Source of the DNA: an uncultured bacterium
GTDB lineage: Bacteria; Krumholzibacteriota; Krumholzibacteriia; JACNKJ01
Direction of reading: 5' to 3'
Length of the DNA stretch: 64,000 nucleotides
Assembly: GCA_963695095.1 (NCBI GenBank)
Contig: CAVOFT010000001.1
Location: 512,001-576,000 of the forward strand
Of the stretch, positions 10,809 to 20,857 are shown in pieces. Made by a program: the position numbers and the translations under genes. Positions within the stretch are counted from its first letter, which is position 1; every line of letters begins with the position of its first letter. The notes below the pieces were generated by a model. That model did no database searches. It saw nothing but the letters and a program-made list of their open reading frames with translations, and was not told the DNA's origin.

Positions 10809-11987
10809 TCAGCGCAGCAAGACCAGGCTGCGCGTCAGGCGCGCCTGAGGCGCCTCGATGCGCGCGAAGTAGACGCCGCTGGCCAGCTCGGCCGGCGGTG
10901 TCCATGTCAGCGCCGCGGCGCCGGCGGGCAGGGCCAGCCGATCCACGCGCCGGCCGGCGATGTCGAAGATCTCGACCGCCGTCTCGGCGCCCAAGGGCCC
11001 CGCGAGGCGCAGGGTCGTCTCCCCGCGGAAGGGATTCGGCCAGGCCGCCAGCGTCTGGTTTGCGGCGGGCAGGTCGGCTACGCCGGTCTCCTCGAACAGC
11101 TCCGTCATCGGCGCGCCCGTGGCGTACTCGCTCGCGAAGCCGAGCAGGTGGCCGATGCTGGGCACGATGTCGATGATCTCCCGCGGCGTCGTCGAGACGA
11201 GGCCGGCCGGCGTGTCCGGGCCCACGGCGAGCAGCTGGATCGTGCGACAGCCCGCGCAGCCGTCGCCGTGGCTGACGAAGTTGGTGGTGTGGCGGCCGTG
11301 GTCGTTGGTGACGATCATCGTCGTCTTGCCCGCGTAGGCGGGCAGCTCCTGCAGCCGCGTCCACAGGGCGCCGACGATGGCGTCCGCCGTCGCGATGGCC
11401 GCCAGGTAGTCGTTCCAGACGCCCGAGTGGCCGTAGTGGTCCACGTCGGCCAGGTAGACGAGCAGCAGCTCGGGGCTTTCGTTCGCCAGCACGCTCTGCG
11501 CCTCGGTCCAGACGCTGGTGTCCGTGTAGCCCGCCATGTCGTAGAGCGGCCACCAGTCGGGCCCGTAGTCAGGGTGCATGCTGCCCCGCCAGGGGCAGCC
11601 CACGTCCTTGAGCAGGTAGATGCAGTCCTCCGGCGCCTTCCCCAGCTGCTTGCGGAAGTACTCGAACATGGAGGGCAGCTCGGTGTAGTTGTTCGTCCCG
11701 CCGCAGTCCGGATCCGAGAAGCTGTAGATCTCCGTGTAGCCGCCGCACCAGATGGCCGGCACCGCGCGGTTCGTGTAGGTGACGCCCTCGTTCGTGAAGG
11801 GCTCGACGATGGCGCCCTCGGCGGCCAGCGCCGCCATCGCCGGCACATGGGTGCGCGCGGGGTCGCCCAGACCCTCGCTGTAGCGGAGCCCGTCGATGAT
11901 CACCAGCACCACGCGCTCGGTCTGCCAGGCGGTGGCGGGGGCGGCGAGGAGGAGGGCGATGAGGAGCAGGGCGAGGCGGCGGGCCAT
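10809..11987 (-). CDS. Secreted alkaline-phosphatase/sulfatase-superfamily hydrolase with C-terminal T9SS-like sorting domain
   Basis: Signal peptide; VLVIIDGLR, LADVDHYGH, IVTNDHG; C-terminal AWPNPF...IFDIAGRRV...ASGVYF...LVLLR. Confidence 0.82.
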   Translation of the reverse strand: MARRLALLLIALLLAAPATAWQTERVVLVIIDGLRYSEGLGDPARTHVPAMAALAAEGAIVEPFTNEGVTYTNRAVPAIWCGGYTEIYSFSDPDCGGTNNYTELPSMFEYFRKQLGKAPEDCIYLLKDVGCPWRGSMHPDYGPDWWPLYDMAGYTDTSVWTEAQSVLANESPELLLVYLADVDHYGHSGVWNDYLAAIATADAIVGALWTRLQELPAYAGKTTMIVTNDHGRHTTNFVSHGDGCAGCRTIQLLAVGPDTPAGLVSTTPREIIDIVPSIGHLLGFASEYATGAPMTELFEETGVADLPAANQTLAAWPNPFRGETTLRLAGPLGAETAVEIFDIAGRRVDRLALPAGAAALTWTPPAELASGVYFARIEAPQARLTRSLVLLR

Positions 11988-12071
11988 GGGAGCCTCCTGG
12001 GCGGCGCGCCAGCAGGCGCGGGGGATGCCAGGAGTCTAGCGCAGAAGGGCAGCGCCGGTCAAAACGGCGGC

Positions 12072-12605
12072 CTAGCCGGAGGCGCCCGCGGCCTCGCTCG
12101 CCCGTTCGGCCTTGAGCTGGGCCACCCAGCCCTGCACCCTTTCGCTGGTGAGCACGGCCTGGCGCTCTTCGTCGATGACGAGGCCGAGGAAGCGGCCCTT
12201 CTTCACCCCGGCCGACGCCTTGAAGCTGTAGCCCTCGGTGGGCCAGGCGCCGATCAGGCGGGCTCCGCGCTTCTTCAGCTTCTTGGCGAGGGGGACGAGG
12301 GCGTCGGCGAAGGTCTTCTCGTACTTCTTCTGGTCACCGAGGGCGAAGACGGCGGCGGTCTTGCCGGTGAGGTCCACGCCCTCGCGCTTGAGCGCCTTCA
12401 GGAAGGGATACCAGTCCTCCTGCAGCTTGCCCTTCTCGTAGGTAGGCGAGCCGAAGATGATCAGCTCGCAGCCAGCCAACGCATCGACATCGGTCTTGCG
12501 CACGTCGTGGAGAACCGCGTCCTTGCCGAAGGCGCGCTGGAGCTTGCGCGCGATCTGCTTGGTCGCGCCCTTGGAACTGCCGTAGAAGATGCCGATTTCA
12601 GTCAT
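12072..12605 (-). CDS. Long-chain flavodoxin
   Basis: IGIFYGSSKGAT, IFGSPTY, LQEDW, AVFALGDQ..Y..TFADA, GAWPTEGYSF, FLGLVIDE. Confidence 0.9.
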   Translation of the reverse strand: MTEIGIFYGSSKGATKQIARKLQRAFGKDAVLHDVRKTDVDALAGCELIIFGSPTYEKGKLQEDWYPFLKALKREGVDLTGKTAAVFALGDQKKYEKTFADALVPLAKKLKKRGARLIGAWPTEGYSFKASAGVKKGRFLGLVIDEERQAVLTSERVQGWVAQLKAERASEAAGASG

Positions 12606-12711
12606 GGTCCTCGCTCGCCGTTCGTGACATAGTGCTTCCGATTTCGTAAGCCGTCAAGATAGCGCCAGTTATGAAGATCACGGGATCCGGATAGCGCCTG
12701 CGCGATCCACC

Positions 12712-13635
12712 TTGAAGGAGCCCCGCTTGCCCGTCGCCACCCGCCTCGGCCGCTTCCTCGATCCGGAAGCCCTCAGCCGCCTGGACAGCATGGAGCTGAT
12801 CGCCCGCCTCGTCGTGGAGGGCTTCATCGCGGGCCTGCACCGCAGCCCCTTCCACGGCTTCTCGGTGGAGTTCTCCGAGTACCGGCCCTACAACCCGGGC
12901 GACAGCGTGGGCCGGATCGACTGGAAGGTCTACGCCAAGACGGACCGCCACTACGTCAAGCTCTTCGAGGAAGAAACCAACCTGCGCGCCACCTTGCTCC
13001 TGGACGGCAGCCGCTCCATGGACTTCGCCGGCAGCCAGGACCGCGTCACCAAGTTCCGCTACGCGAGCATGCTGGCCGCCGGCCTGGCCTACCTGCTCGT
13101 GCGCCAGCAGGATGCGGTGGGCCTGATCACCTTCGACGAGAAGATCCGCCAGGTGCTGCCCGCGCGCAGCGTGCGGCGCCACCTCTACGATCTGCTGACC
13201 GCCATCGAGCGCGACCAGCCCGGCGGGCTCACGGACGTGGGCGCCACGCTCCACCGGGCGGCCGAGATGGTTAAGCGCCGCGGCCTGGTGATCTTATTGA
13301 GCGACCTGCTCGACGAGCCGGAGCGCGTGCTGGCGGGGCTCAAGCACTTCCGCCACCGCGGGCACGAGGTGCTGGTCTTCCACGTGCTCGATCCGCTGGA
13401 GCGCGACCTCGACCTGCGCCGCGAGGTTCGCCTCGAGGACCTCGAAACCGGCGAGAAGCTGCGCACGCAGCCCTGGTTCATCCGCAAGGAGGCGGGCGAG
13501 CGCGTCGGGGCCTGGATCCGCCAGCTCGAGAGCGAGTGCCGCGACCACCGCATCGACTACGTGCCGCTGACCACGGATACCCCCTTCGACGTCGCCCTGC
13601 GCCGCGTGCTCGACCGCCGGGCCCGCCAGCACTGA
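12712..13635 (+). CDS. DUF58 domain protein (MoxR-associated, vWA-like)
   Basis: GLHRSPFHGFSVEFSEYRPYNPGD...IDWKVYAKTDR..VKLFEEETN, LLDGSRSM. Confidence 0.93.
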   Translation: MKEPRLPVATRLGRFLDPEALSRLDSMELIARLVVEGFIAGLHRSPFHGFSVEFSEYRPYNPGDSVGRIDWKVYAKTDRHYVKLFEEETNLRATLLLDGSRSMDFAGSQDRVTKFRYASMLAAGLAYLLVRQQDAVGLITFDEKIRQVLPARSVRRHLYDLLTAIERDQPGGLTDVGATLHRAAEMVKRRGLVILLSDLLDEPERVLAGLKHFRHRGHEVLVFHVLDPLERDLDLRREVRLEDLETGEKLRTQPWFIRKEAGERVGAWIRQLESECRDHRIDYVPLTTDTPFDVALRRVLDRRARQH

Positions 13636-13714
13636 GCTTCCGCACGGCGGCCCGTGACAGCGGGCGCCATTCCTGCTAGCCTGCGGGTGGACCCGGCCGC
13701 AGCAGGAGATGCCC

Positions 13715-14509
13715 ATGCCCAGGGATGCCAGCAGCTACGACGGCTTCGTCGCCGAGTTCTACGATCAGGTCACGCCCTACGCCGACCGCCAGGACCTGGC
13801 CTTCTTCAGCGCGCAGGCCGCCGCGGCGCCCGGGCCAGTGCTCGAGCTGGGCTGCGGCACCGGCCGGGTCATGCTGCCCATGCTGCGCGCCGGGGCCGAG
13901 GTCTGCGGCATCGACAGCTCCCGCGCCATGCTCGGCGTCTGCGTCGAGAAGCTGGCCCGCGAGCCCGAGCCCCTGCGCGACCGCGCCCATCTCATGCTGG
14001 CCGACATGCGCGACTTCACGCTCGGCCGGCACTTCGCCCTCGCCGTGGCGCCCTTTCGCGGCTTTCAGCACCTGCTCAGCGTCGAAGACCAGCTCGCCTG
14101 CCTCGAGCGCATCCGCGTGCATCTGTTGCCGGGGGGCCGCTGCGTGCTGGACCTCTTCAACCCCTCGCTCAAGGCGCTCACGGATCCCAGCCGCGACGAG
14201 GTCTTCGGCCAGGAGCCGCCCTTCCGCATGGCCGACGGCCGCACGGTCACCCGCGGCCATCGCATTCTCAGCCGCGACTTCGGCGAGCAGACCTCGGCGG
14301 TCGAGCTGATCTACGACGTGAGCGATCCCAAGGGGGGGCGCGAGCGCTTCGTCCACGCCTTTCCCATGCGCTGGCTCTACCGCTTCGAGGCCGAGCACCT
14401 GCTGGCGCGGGCGGGCTTCCGGGTGGAAGCCGTCTTCGAGGACTACGCGGAGACGCCCTTCAGCGGCAAGGAAGGCGGCGAGCTGGTGCTCGTCGCCAGT
14501 CGCGATTGA
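13715..14509 (+). CDS. Class I SAM-dependent methyltransferase
   Basis: VLELGCGTGR motif I, GIDSSRAML, ADMRDF. Confidence 0.9.
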   Translation: MPRDASSYDGFVAEFYDQVTPYADRQDLAFFSAQAAAAPGPVLELGCGTGRVMLPMLRAGAEVCGIDSSRAMLGVCVEKLAREPEPLRDRAHLMLADMRDFTLGRHFALAVAPFRGFQHLLSVEDQLACLERIRVHLLPGGRCVLDLFNPSLKALTDPSRDEVFGQEPPFRMADGRTVTRGHRILSRDFGEQTSAVELIYDVSDPKGGRERFVHAFPMRWLYRFEAEHLLARAGFRVEAVFEDYAETPFSGKEGGELVLVASRD

Positions 14510-14540
14510 CCCCGTGGACCAGCCCACACCAGGAGAGCGC

Positions 14541-14891
14541 ATGACCAAGCCAGGCGAGAACACCGTGATCCTGATCACCCGCGCGGGCATGGGCCAGGCC
14601 GAACCCGAGCTGCAGGTGGCGCTGATCAAGACCTGGCTCAAGGTGGTGGAGGCCAACGGCCAGCTGCCCGAGGTGGTCTGCTTCTATGCCGACGGGGTGA
14701 AGCTGGCCGTGCACGACTCCCCGGTGCTCGAGGAACTCAGGCGCTGGGAGGCGGTGGGCGTCCACCTCGTGCTCTGCAAGACCTGCCTGGACCATTTCGG
14801 GCTCACCGACGAGGTGGCCGTGGGCGTGGTCGGCGGGATGGGCGACATCGTGACGGCCCAGCTCGGCGCCGCCAAGGTGATCACGCTCTAG
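14541..14891 (+). CDS. DsrE/YedF-like sulfur or selenium transfer protein
   Basis: GMG, FYADGVKL, CKTCLDHFGL, VGVVGGMGDIV, AKVITL. Confidence 0.8.
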   Translation: MTKPGENTVILITRAGMGQAEPELQVALIKTWLKVVEANGQLPEVVCFYADGVKLAVHDSPVLEELRRWEAVGVHLVLCKTCLDHFGLTDEVAVGVVGGMGDIVTAQLGAAKVITL

Positions 14892-14909
14892 CTGCCCGCG
14901 GTTTTTGCC

Positions 14910-14938
14910 TTGAGTCCGGCCTGCCTGCGCGCTAGAGT
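14910..14938 (+). promoter_or_regulatory. sigma70-type promoter for the reductase/activase operon
   Basis: TTGAGT-N17-TAGAGT. Confidence 0.5.
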
Positions 14939-15038
14939 CTCCCCGGTCCTCGACCGCCCTGCCCGCCACCGAGCGGGCAGGTCTGTCTAGGGCAGACCCC
15001 CCGGGTTAACGGGCCGGAAACTCGCCAAGGAGGGATCC

Positions 15039-16829
15039 ATGGCCAGCGGAACGACTCCCAGGGGACTTCCCCTGGATGAAGCCCAGATCCGGGAGCGGCT
15101 CGCCGCCGCTCGCCAGCGCCTCGAGGCCGAAGCTGGGCTTGGCAAGGGCAAGGAACGCCGCCATTACACTGCGCCCCAGCAGCGGGCCTTCCTCGCCAGC
15201 GAGCGGCCGCGCACCACGCTGCTCTTCGGCGGCCTCACCTGGAAGCACGATCAGCTCATCCAGGCGGCGCTGGAATCCCTGGGCTACCGCTGCGCCGCCC
15301 TGCCGACGCCCAACGTCGCCGCTTTTCAGGTCGGGCGCGAATTCGGCAACAACGGCCAGTGCAACCCGACCTACTTCACCGTGGGCAACCTGGTCCAGCA
15401 CCTGCAGGGGCTCGAGGCGCAGGGCAAGAGCCGCGCGGAGATCATCGAGCAGAACGTCTTCTTCACCGCCGGTGCCTGCGGGCCCTGCCGCTTCGGGATG
15501 TACGAGAACGAGTATCGCCTTGCCCTGCGCAACGCGGGCTTCGAGGGCTTCCGCGTCATCGTCTTCCAGCAGTCGGGCGGCCTCGACCAGGAGCAGATGG
15601 AGGCCGGCCTCGCGCTCAACCTCGACTTCTTCCTGGCCATCCTCTACGCGATGATGCTGGGCGACCTGCTCGGCGAGGTGGCCAATCAGATCCGGCCCTA
15701 CGAGCTCGAGGCGGGCGCCACCGATCGCGCGCTGCAGGCCGCCGTGGACGACATCGGCGCCACGCTGCGCGCGAGACAGCCCTTCGAGCTGGAGGCGAGC
15801 CGCGCCCGCGCCCTGCGCCGCCTGCCCGCGGGCCGGCGCCTGGACGGCTGGGCCAAGTTCCTCGCCGCGCTGCGCGACAGGTCGCTCACCGCGGCGGCCG
15901 CGCGGGCCCGGGACCGCTTCGACGCCATCGCCATCGATCCCCTGCGCGCCAAGCCGCGCGTGAAGATCACCGGCGAGTTCTGGGCGCAGACCACCGAGGG
16001 CGACGGCAACTTCAACATGTTCCGCTTCCTCGAACGCGAAGGCGCCGAGGTGCTCGCCGAGCCCGTCGCCACCTGGATCCTCTACATGGTGCACGGCGCG
16101 CAGAACAAGATCCGCGACCGCAAGGGCCTGGCCGAGGGCTTCGTGGCGCCGAGCTGGGGGCGGCCGCTGGCGCGGGCCGGCGTCGAGTGGCGCGCCTGGC
16201 GGCAGATCCGTCGCCTGGACCTGGCCGGGCGGCTCTTTCTGCGCGAGTACGGACGGCTGCGCCTGGCCCTGGGCGGCACCGCGCATGCGCCGGTGGATCA
16301 GCTCGAGCTGGAGCGCATGGGCCATCCCTTCTACAACAGCCGCGCGGGCGGCGGAGAAGGCCACCTCGAGGTCGCCAAGAACATCTACTATCACAACAAG
16401 GGCCTGGCCCACATGGTGCTCAGCCTGAAGCCCTTCGGCTGCATGCCCTCGACGCAGTCCGACGGCGCCCAGGCGGCCGTGCAGTCGCGCTTCGCCGACA
16501 TGATCTACCTGCCCATCGAGACCTCGGGCGAGGGCGAGATCAACGCGCACAGCCGCGTGCAGATGGCCCTCGGCGAGGCGCGGGTCAAGGCGCGCGAGGA
16601 GTTCGAGCGGGCTGTGGCCGCCAGCGGCTTCAGCCTCGATGAGCTGCGGAGCGGCCTCGCGCGCGTGCCCGAACTGGGCCGGCCGCTGGCGCAGCTCCCG
16701 CATCGCAAGGGCATTGTCAGCCGGGCGGCCTGCACGGCGCTGGAGCTCGGCGAACGCCTGCGCGCGGCGGGGGCGGCAGCGGCGCCGCAGCCCGAGCGAG
16801 AGCTGGCCGCGGCCGGGGGCTTGAAGTGA
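15039..16829 (+). CDS. 2-hydroxyacyl-CoA dehydratase/reductase-related Fe-S protein (PlsR-like)
   Basis: GQCNPTYFTVGN, GACGPCRFGMY, VKITGEFW, GGEGHLEV, KPFGCMPSTQSDG, IETSGEG; AAGGAGG SD. Confidence 0.75.
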   Translation: MASGTTPRGLPLDEAQIRERLAAARQRLEAEAGLGKGKERRHYTAPQQRAFLASERPRTTLLFGGLTWKHDQLIQAALESLGYRCAALPTPNVAAFQVGREFGNNGQCNPTYFTVGNLVQHLQGLEAQGKSRAEIIEQNVFFTAGACGPCRFGMYENEYRLALRNAGFEGFRVIVFQQSGGLDQEQMEAGLALNLDFFLAILYAMMLGDLLGEVANQIRPYELEAGATDRALQAAVDDIGATLRARQPFELEASRARALRRLPAGRRLDGWAKFLAALRDRSLTAAAARARDRFDAIAIDPLRAKPRVKITGEFWAQTTEGDGNFNMFRFLEREGAEVLAEPVATWILYMVHGAQNKIRDRKGLAEGFVAPSWGRPLARAGVEWRAWRQIRRLDLAGRLFLREYGRLRLALGGTAHAPVDQLELERMGHPFYNSRAGGGEGHLEVAKNIYYHNKGLAHMVLSLKPFGCMPSTQSDGAQAAVQSRFADMIYLPIETSGEGEINAHSRVQMALGEARVKAREEFERAVAASGFSLDELRSGLARVPELGRPLAQLPHRKGIVSRAACTALELGERLRAAGAAAAPQPERELAAAGGLK

Positions 16830-19800
16830 GCCCCGCCGGAGCGCCGCCCCTGCTGATCGGGCTCGACGTCGGCTCGACCACGGTGAAGGCCGTGGTCTGC
16901 GAGGCAGACGGCCGCGTGCTCTGGCGGGACTACCAGCGCCACTTCACGAAGCAGCCCGAGAAGGTGCTCGAGTTCCTCACGCGCATCGAGGCGGAACTCG
17001 GCCTGCCGCCCGAGCGTCTGCGCCTGTTCCTCACCGGTTCGGGCGGCGCCGCCCTCGCGCGGCACCTGGGCGGCAAGTTCGTCCAGGAAGTGACGGCGGT
17101 CAGCCTGGCCGTGGAGCGCTACTACCCCGCGGCGAACTCGGTGGTCGAGCTCGGCGGCCAGGACGCCAAGATCATCGTCTTCAAGGCGCCCGAGGGCGAT
17201 GGCCGCAAGAAGAAGATCCCCTCGATGAACGACAAGTGCGCGGGCGGCACGGGCGCGGTGATCGACAAGATCAACGCCAAGCTCAAGATCCCCGCCGAGC
17301 AGCTCGCGAACCTGGGCTACGACGGCATCAAGCTGCACCCTGTGGCCGGCAAGTGCGGCGTCTTCGCGGAGACGGACATCAACGGCCTGCAGAAGCAGGG
17401 CGTCTCCACCGACGAGCTGATGGCCTCGCTCTTCGAGTCCATCGTGCAGCAGAACCTGTCCGTGCTGACGCGCGGGCACACGCTGCGCCCCGTGGTCCTG
17501 CTGCTCGGCGGGCCGAACACCTACATCCGCGGCATGGTGGAGGCCTGGCGCGCCAACATCCCCGCGATGTGGGAGGAGCGCAAGGTCGAGCTGCCGGACA
17601 AGCCGGTCGGACGAGCTCATCGTCGTGCCCGACAACGCGCAGTACTTCGCCGCCCTCGGCGCCGTCGAGTTCGGCCGCGACGAGGACGTCGCCGTCGGCG
17701 CCTACCGGGGCCGGGCCGGCCTGGAGCACTACCTCGGCGCGGGCCGCGAGGCGGAGAAGCAGGCGCGCGGCTCGCGGGCGCTGTGGGCGAGCGAGGACGA
17801 ACTGGCGGCCTTCAACCGGCGCTTCACGCGCGCGGCCTGGGCACCTGCCCACTTCGAGCCGGGGGAGACCGTGCGCGGCTTCGTCGGCCTCGACGGCGGC
17901 TCCACCTCGACCAAGGCCGTGCTGCTCAGTCCCGAGCGGGAGCTGCTCGCCAAGGCCTACCAGCTCTCGCCAGGGCAACCCGATCGAGGACACGCATGGA
18001 GATGTTCCGCCTGCTGCGCGAGCAGGTGGAGAGCCAGGGCGCGCACGCTCGAAGTGCTGGGCCTGGGCACCACCGGCTACGCCAAGGACATGCTCAAGGA
18101 CGCCCTCGGCGCCGACGTCGCCCTGGTCGAGACCGTGGCCCACACGAAGAGCGCCCTGCACTTCTACGACGACGTGGACGTGATCTGCGACGTGGGCGGC
18201 CAGGACATCAAGCTGATCATGCTCAAGAACGGCCAGGTCAAGGACTTCAAGCTCAACACCCAGTGCTCGGCGGGCAACGGCTACTTCCTGCAGAGCGCGG
18301 CGGCGGGCTTCGGCTTCGCCGTCGAGGACTTCGCCGAGGCCGCCTTCAGCGCCACGGCGATGCCCAGCTTCGGCTACGGCTGCGCGGTCTTCATGCAGTC
18401 GGACATCGTCGACTTCCAGCGCCAGGGCTGGCGGGCCGAGGAGATCATGGCCGGTCTGGCCGCCGTGCTGCCCAAGAACATCTGGCTCTACGTCAGCCAG
18501 ATTCCCAACCTCGCCAAGCTGGGCCGGCGCTTCGTGCTGCAGGGCGGCACCCAGTACAACCTGGCCGCGGTGAAGGCCCAGGTGGACTTCATCGAGGGGC
18601 GCTTCGCGGGCAAGGACGGAGACGCCCGACGTCTTCGTGCACAAGCACACCGGCGAGTCGGGCGCCATCGGCGCCGGCCTCGAGGCGGCGCGGCTCTGGG
18701 GCGAGGGGCGCTCCACGCGCTTCATCGGCCTGGATGCCGTGGCGCGGCTCCAGTACTCCACGCGCCGCGACGAGAGCACGCGCTGCTACTTCTGCAAGAA
18801 CAAGTGCCTGCGCACCTTCATCGACGTGGCCACGGCCGGCGGCGCGGGCGAGGGCGCCCAGGCCTTCACCTACAAGCAAGGGCCCGAGGAGCCGCACGCC
18901 GCGCGCATTCGCGCCGCCGAGGAGCGGGCCCCCGAGACGCAGCGCATCATCATCGCCACCTGCGAGAAGGGCACCGTCGAGGACGTGGCCGACATGCGCG
19001 AGATCAAGCGCGGCCTCGACGCGGTGAAGAAGGCGAACCCCAACCTCGTCGCCTACGCGGCGGCCAGCGCCTTCGCCTCCTGGCAACCGACGCCGGCCGG
19101 AGCGCCGACTCCCGGCCTGAACGAGCGCCTGCCCTGGAAGGGCCGCGAGGCCAAGAGGCGGGCCGCGGCGCGTGAGCAGCGGGCGCGCCTGCGCATCGGC
19201 ATGCCGCGGGTGCTCAACATGTACTCGCTGGCGCCGCTGTTCACGGCCTACTTCGAGAGCCTGGGCCTGCCGGCGGAGAACCTCGTCTGGTCGGACTACA
19301 CGAGCGAGGAGCTCTACCGGGCCGGCGCCAAGCGCGGCGCCGTCGACCCCTGCTTCCCGAGCAAGCTGGGCATTCCGCACGTGCACAACCTGCTGTACGG
19401 TCAAGCACGCCAAGAAGCCGCTGGATGCGATCTTCTTCCCGATGATCGACGACCTGCCCAGCGATCTCCTCGGCTGCGCGGGGCACCGCTCCTGCCCCAC
19501 CGTGGCGACGACGCCGGAGGCGGTCAAGGCGGCCTTCACCAAGGAGAGCGACCTCTTCGCCGAGGCGGGGATCGCCTACCTCGACACCTTCGTGAATCCC
19601 GGCGAGCCGCTGCTCTTCGAGCGGCAGATCTTCGCCGAGTTCGAGGCGCGGCTGGGCCTCGACGCTCGCGGAGAACGCGCACGCGGTGGCGGAGGGCTAC
19701 CGCGCGCTCGCGCGCTTCATGGCCGACCAGCGCGAGCGGGGCGCCGAGGTGCTGCGCCGCCTCGAGGCCGAGGACCGCCTCGGCATCGTCCTGCTGGGAC

Positions 19801-20388
19801 GGCCCTACCACAACGACCCCGGCATCAATCACGAGATCCTCGAGGAATTCCAGAAGCTGGGCTACCCGATCTTCAGCCAGGCCGCGCTGCCCCTGGAGCC
19901 CGAGCGTCCTGGAGCGGCTCTTCGGCGAGGACCTGGCCGCCGGCCGCATCCCCGACGCGCTGAGCGTCGCCGACGTCTGGAAGAACAGCTACAGCGAGAA
20001 CACCAGCTACAAGGTCTTCGCGGCCAAGTACGTGGCCCGGCACCCGAACCTGGTCGCCCTGGAGCTCTCCAACTTCAAGTGCGGGCACGACGCGCCGATC
20101 TACGCGCTGGTCGAGGAGATCATCGAAGCCTCCGGCACGCCCTGCTTCAGCTTCAAGGACATCGACGAGAACAAGCCGGCGGGCTCGATCAAGATCCGCG
20201 TCGAGACCATCGACTACTTCCTGCGCACGCACCGCGAGTCGCTCGTCAAGCAGCGGCACAAGCGCGAGCGCGTGGAGCGGGAGCTGGCCGAGCTGGAGGG
20301 CCGCCTGCGGGGCGGCGAGGCGGCGGCGAGCGAGGACCCGGCCTCCGAGTCGGCCGCCGCCGCGTCGGCCAGCCGGCGGGCGTCGTAA
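16826..20388 (+). CDS. CoA-substrate activase: two BadF/BadG/BcrA/BcrD ATPase domains plus a DUF2229-type reductase domain (PlsA/Ger-like); several frameshifts
   Basis: GLDVGSTTVK...ELGGQDAK...MNDKCAGGTG...KCGVFAETD; second GLDGGSTSTK...DVGGQDIK...NTQCSAGNG...GCAVFMQSD; CYFCKNKC; IGMPRVLN, DPCFPSK, SCPTV, LLGRPYHNDPGINH, NFKCGHD, DIDENKPAGSIKIR. Frame changes near 17610, 17970-18050, 18625, 19400, 19665 and 19900. Confidence 0.8.
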
Positions 20389-20397
20389 GGAGAGGGC

Positions 20398-20679
20398 GTG
20401 GCACGGCTCGAATCCGACAAGATCATGTTCGAGATCTACCGCGAAGCCGGCTACGACCGCCGTTTCCGGGTGGTCTACTTCACCGAGCTGAGCGACCGCA
20501 ACCGCGACCTCGAGATCGCCCGCGCCCTGGCGGGCGAGCACCTGCTGGACGGCTTCATCTCCCTGGAGCGTTCGGAGCAGGCCAAGGCCCTCATCCTCCG
20601 CTTCCTGGAGCGGCTCAATGCCGGCGAGGCCCTGAGCGGGGACGAGCTGAGCGCCGCCCTGGCCGCCATCGCGGCCTGA
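20398..20679 (+). CDS. Small hypothetical protein, co-transcribed with the activase
   Basis: AAGGAG SD 9 nt after the activase stop, GTG start, strong coding-like codon bias. Confidence 0.75.
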   Translation: MARLESDKIMFEIYREAGYDRRFRVVYFTELSDRNRDLEIARALAGEHLLDGFISLERSEQAKALILRFLERLNAGEALSGDELSAALAAIAA

Positions 20680-20857
20680 TCCCTGCCGGCCCGGCCGACC
20701 CAGACGGCGAAGGCGCCCCCAGCCGGGCCCCCGCTGGGCTCAGCGGCGACTTCCGCCGCCCACGGGGCCGCTATCCTTGCTTGCCAGTTTTGACAGCTTC
20801 CGCTTACTCTGCGGCCGGCCTTGGCGCAACCGGTTCCTATCCGGCCCCTACCTGGCA

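Noticed and set aside
16826..20388. Pseudogene or programmed frameshifting in the activase (likewise arsM, NSS transporter, rsmA)
   Set aside because: Multiple scattered single-base shifts without slippery sites, with all motifs preserved; best explained as sequencing indels
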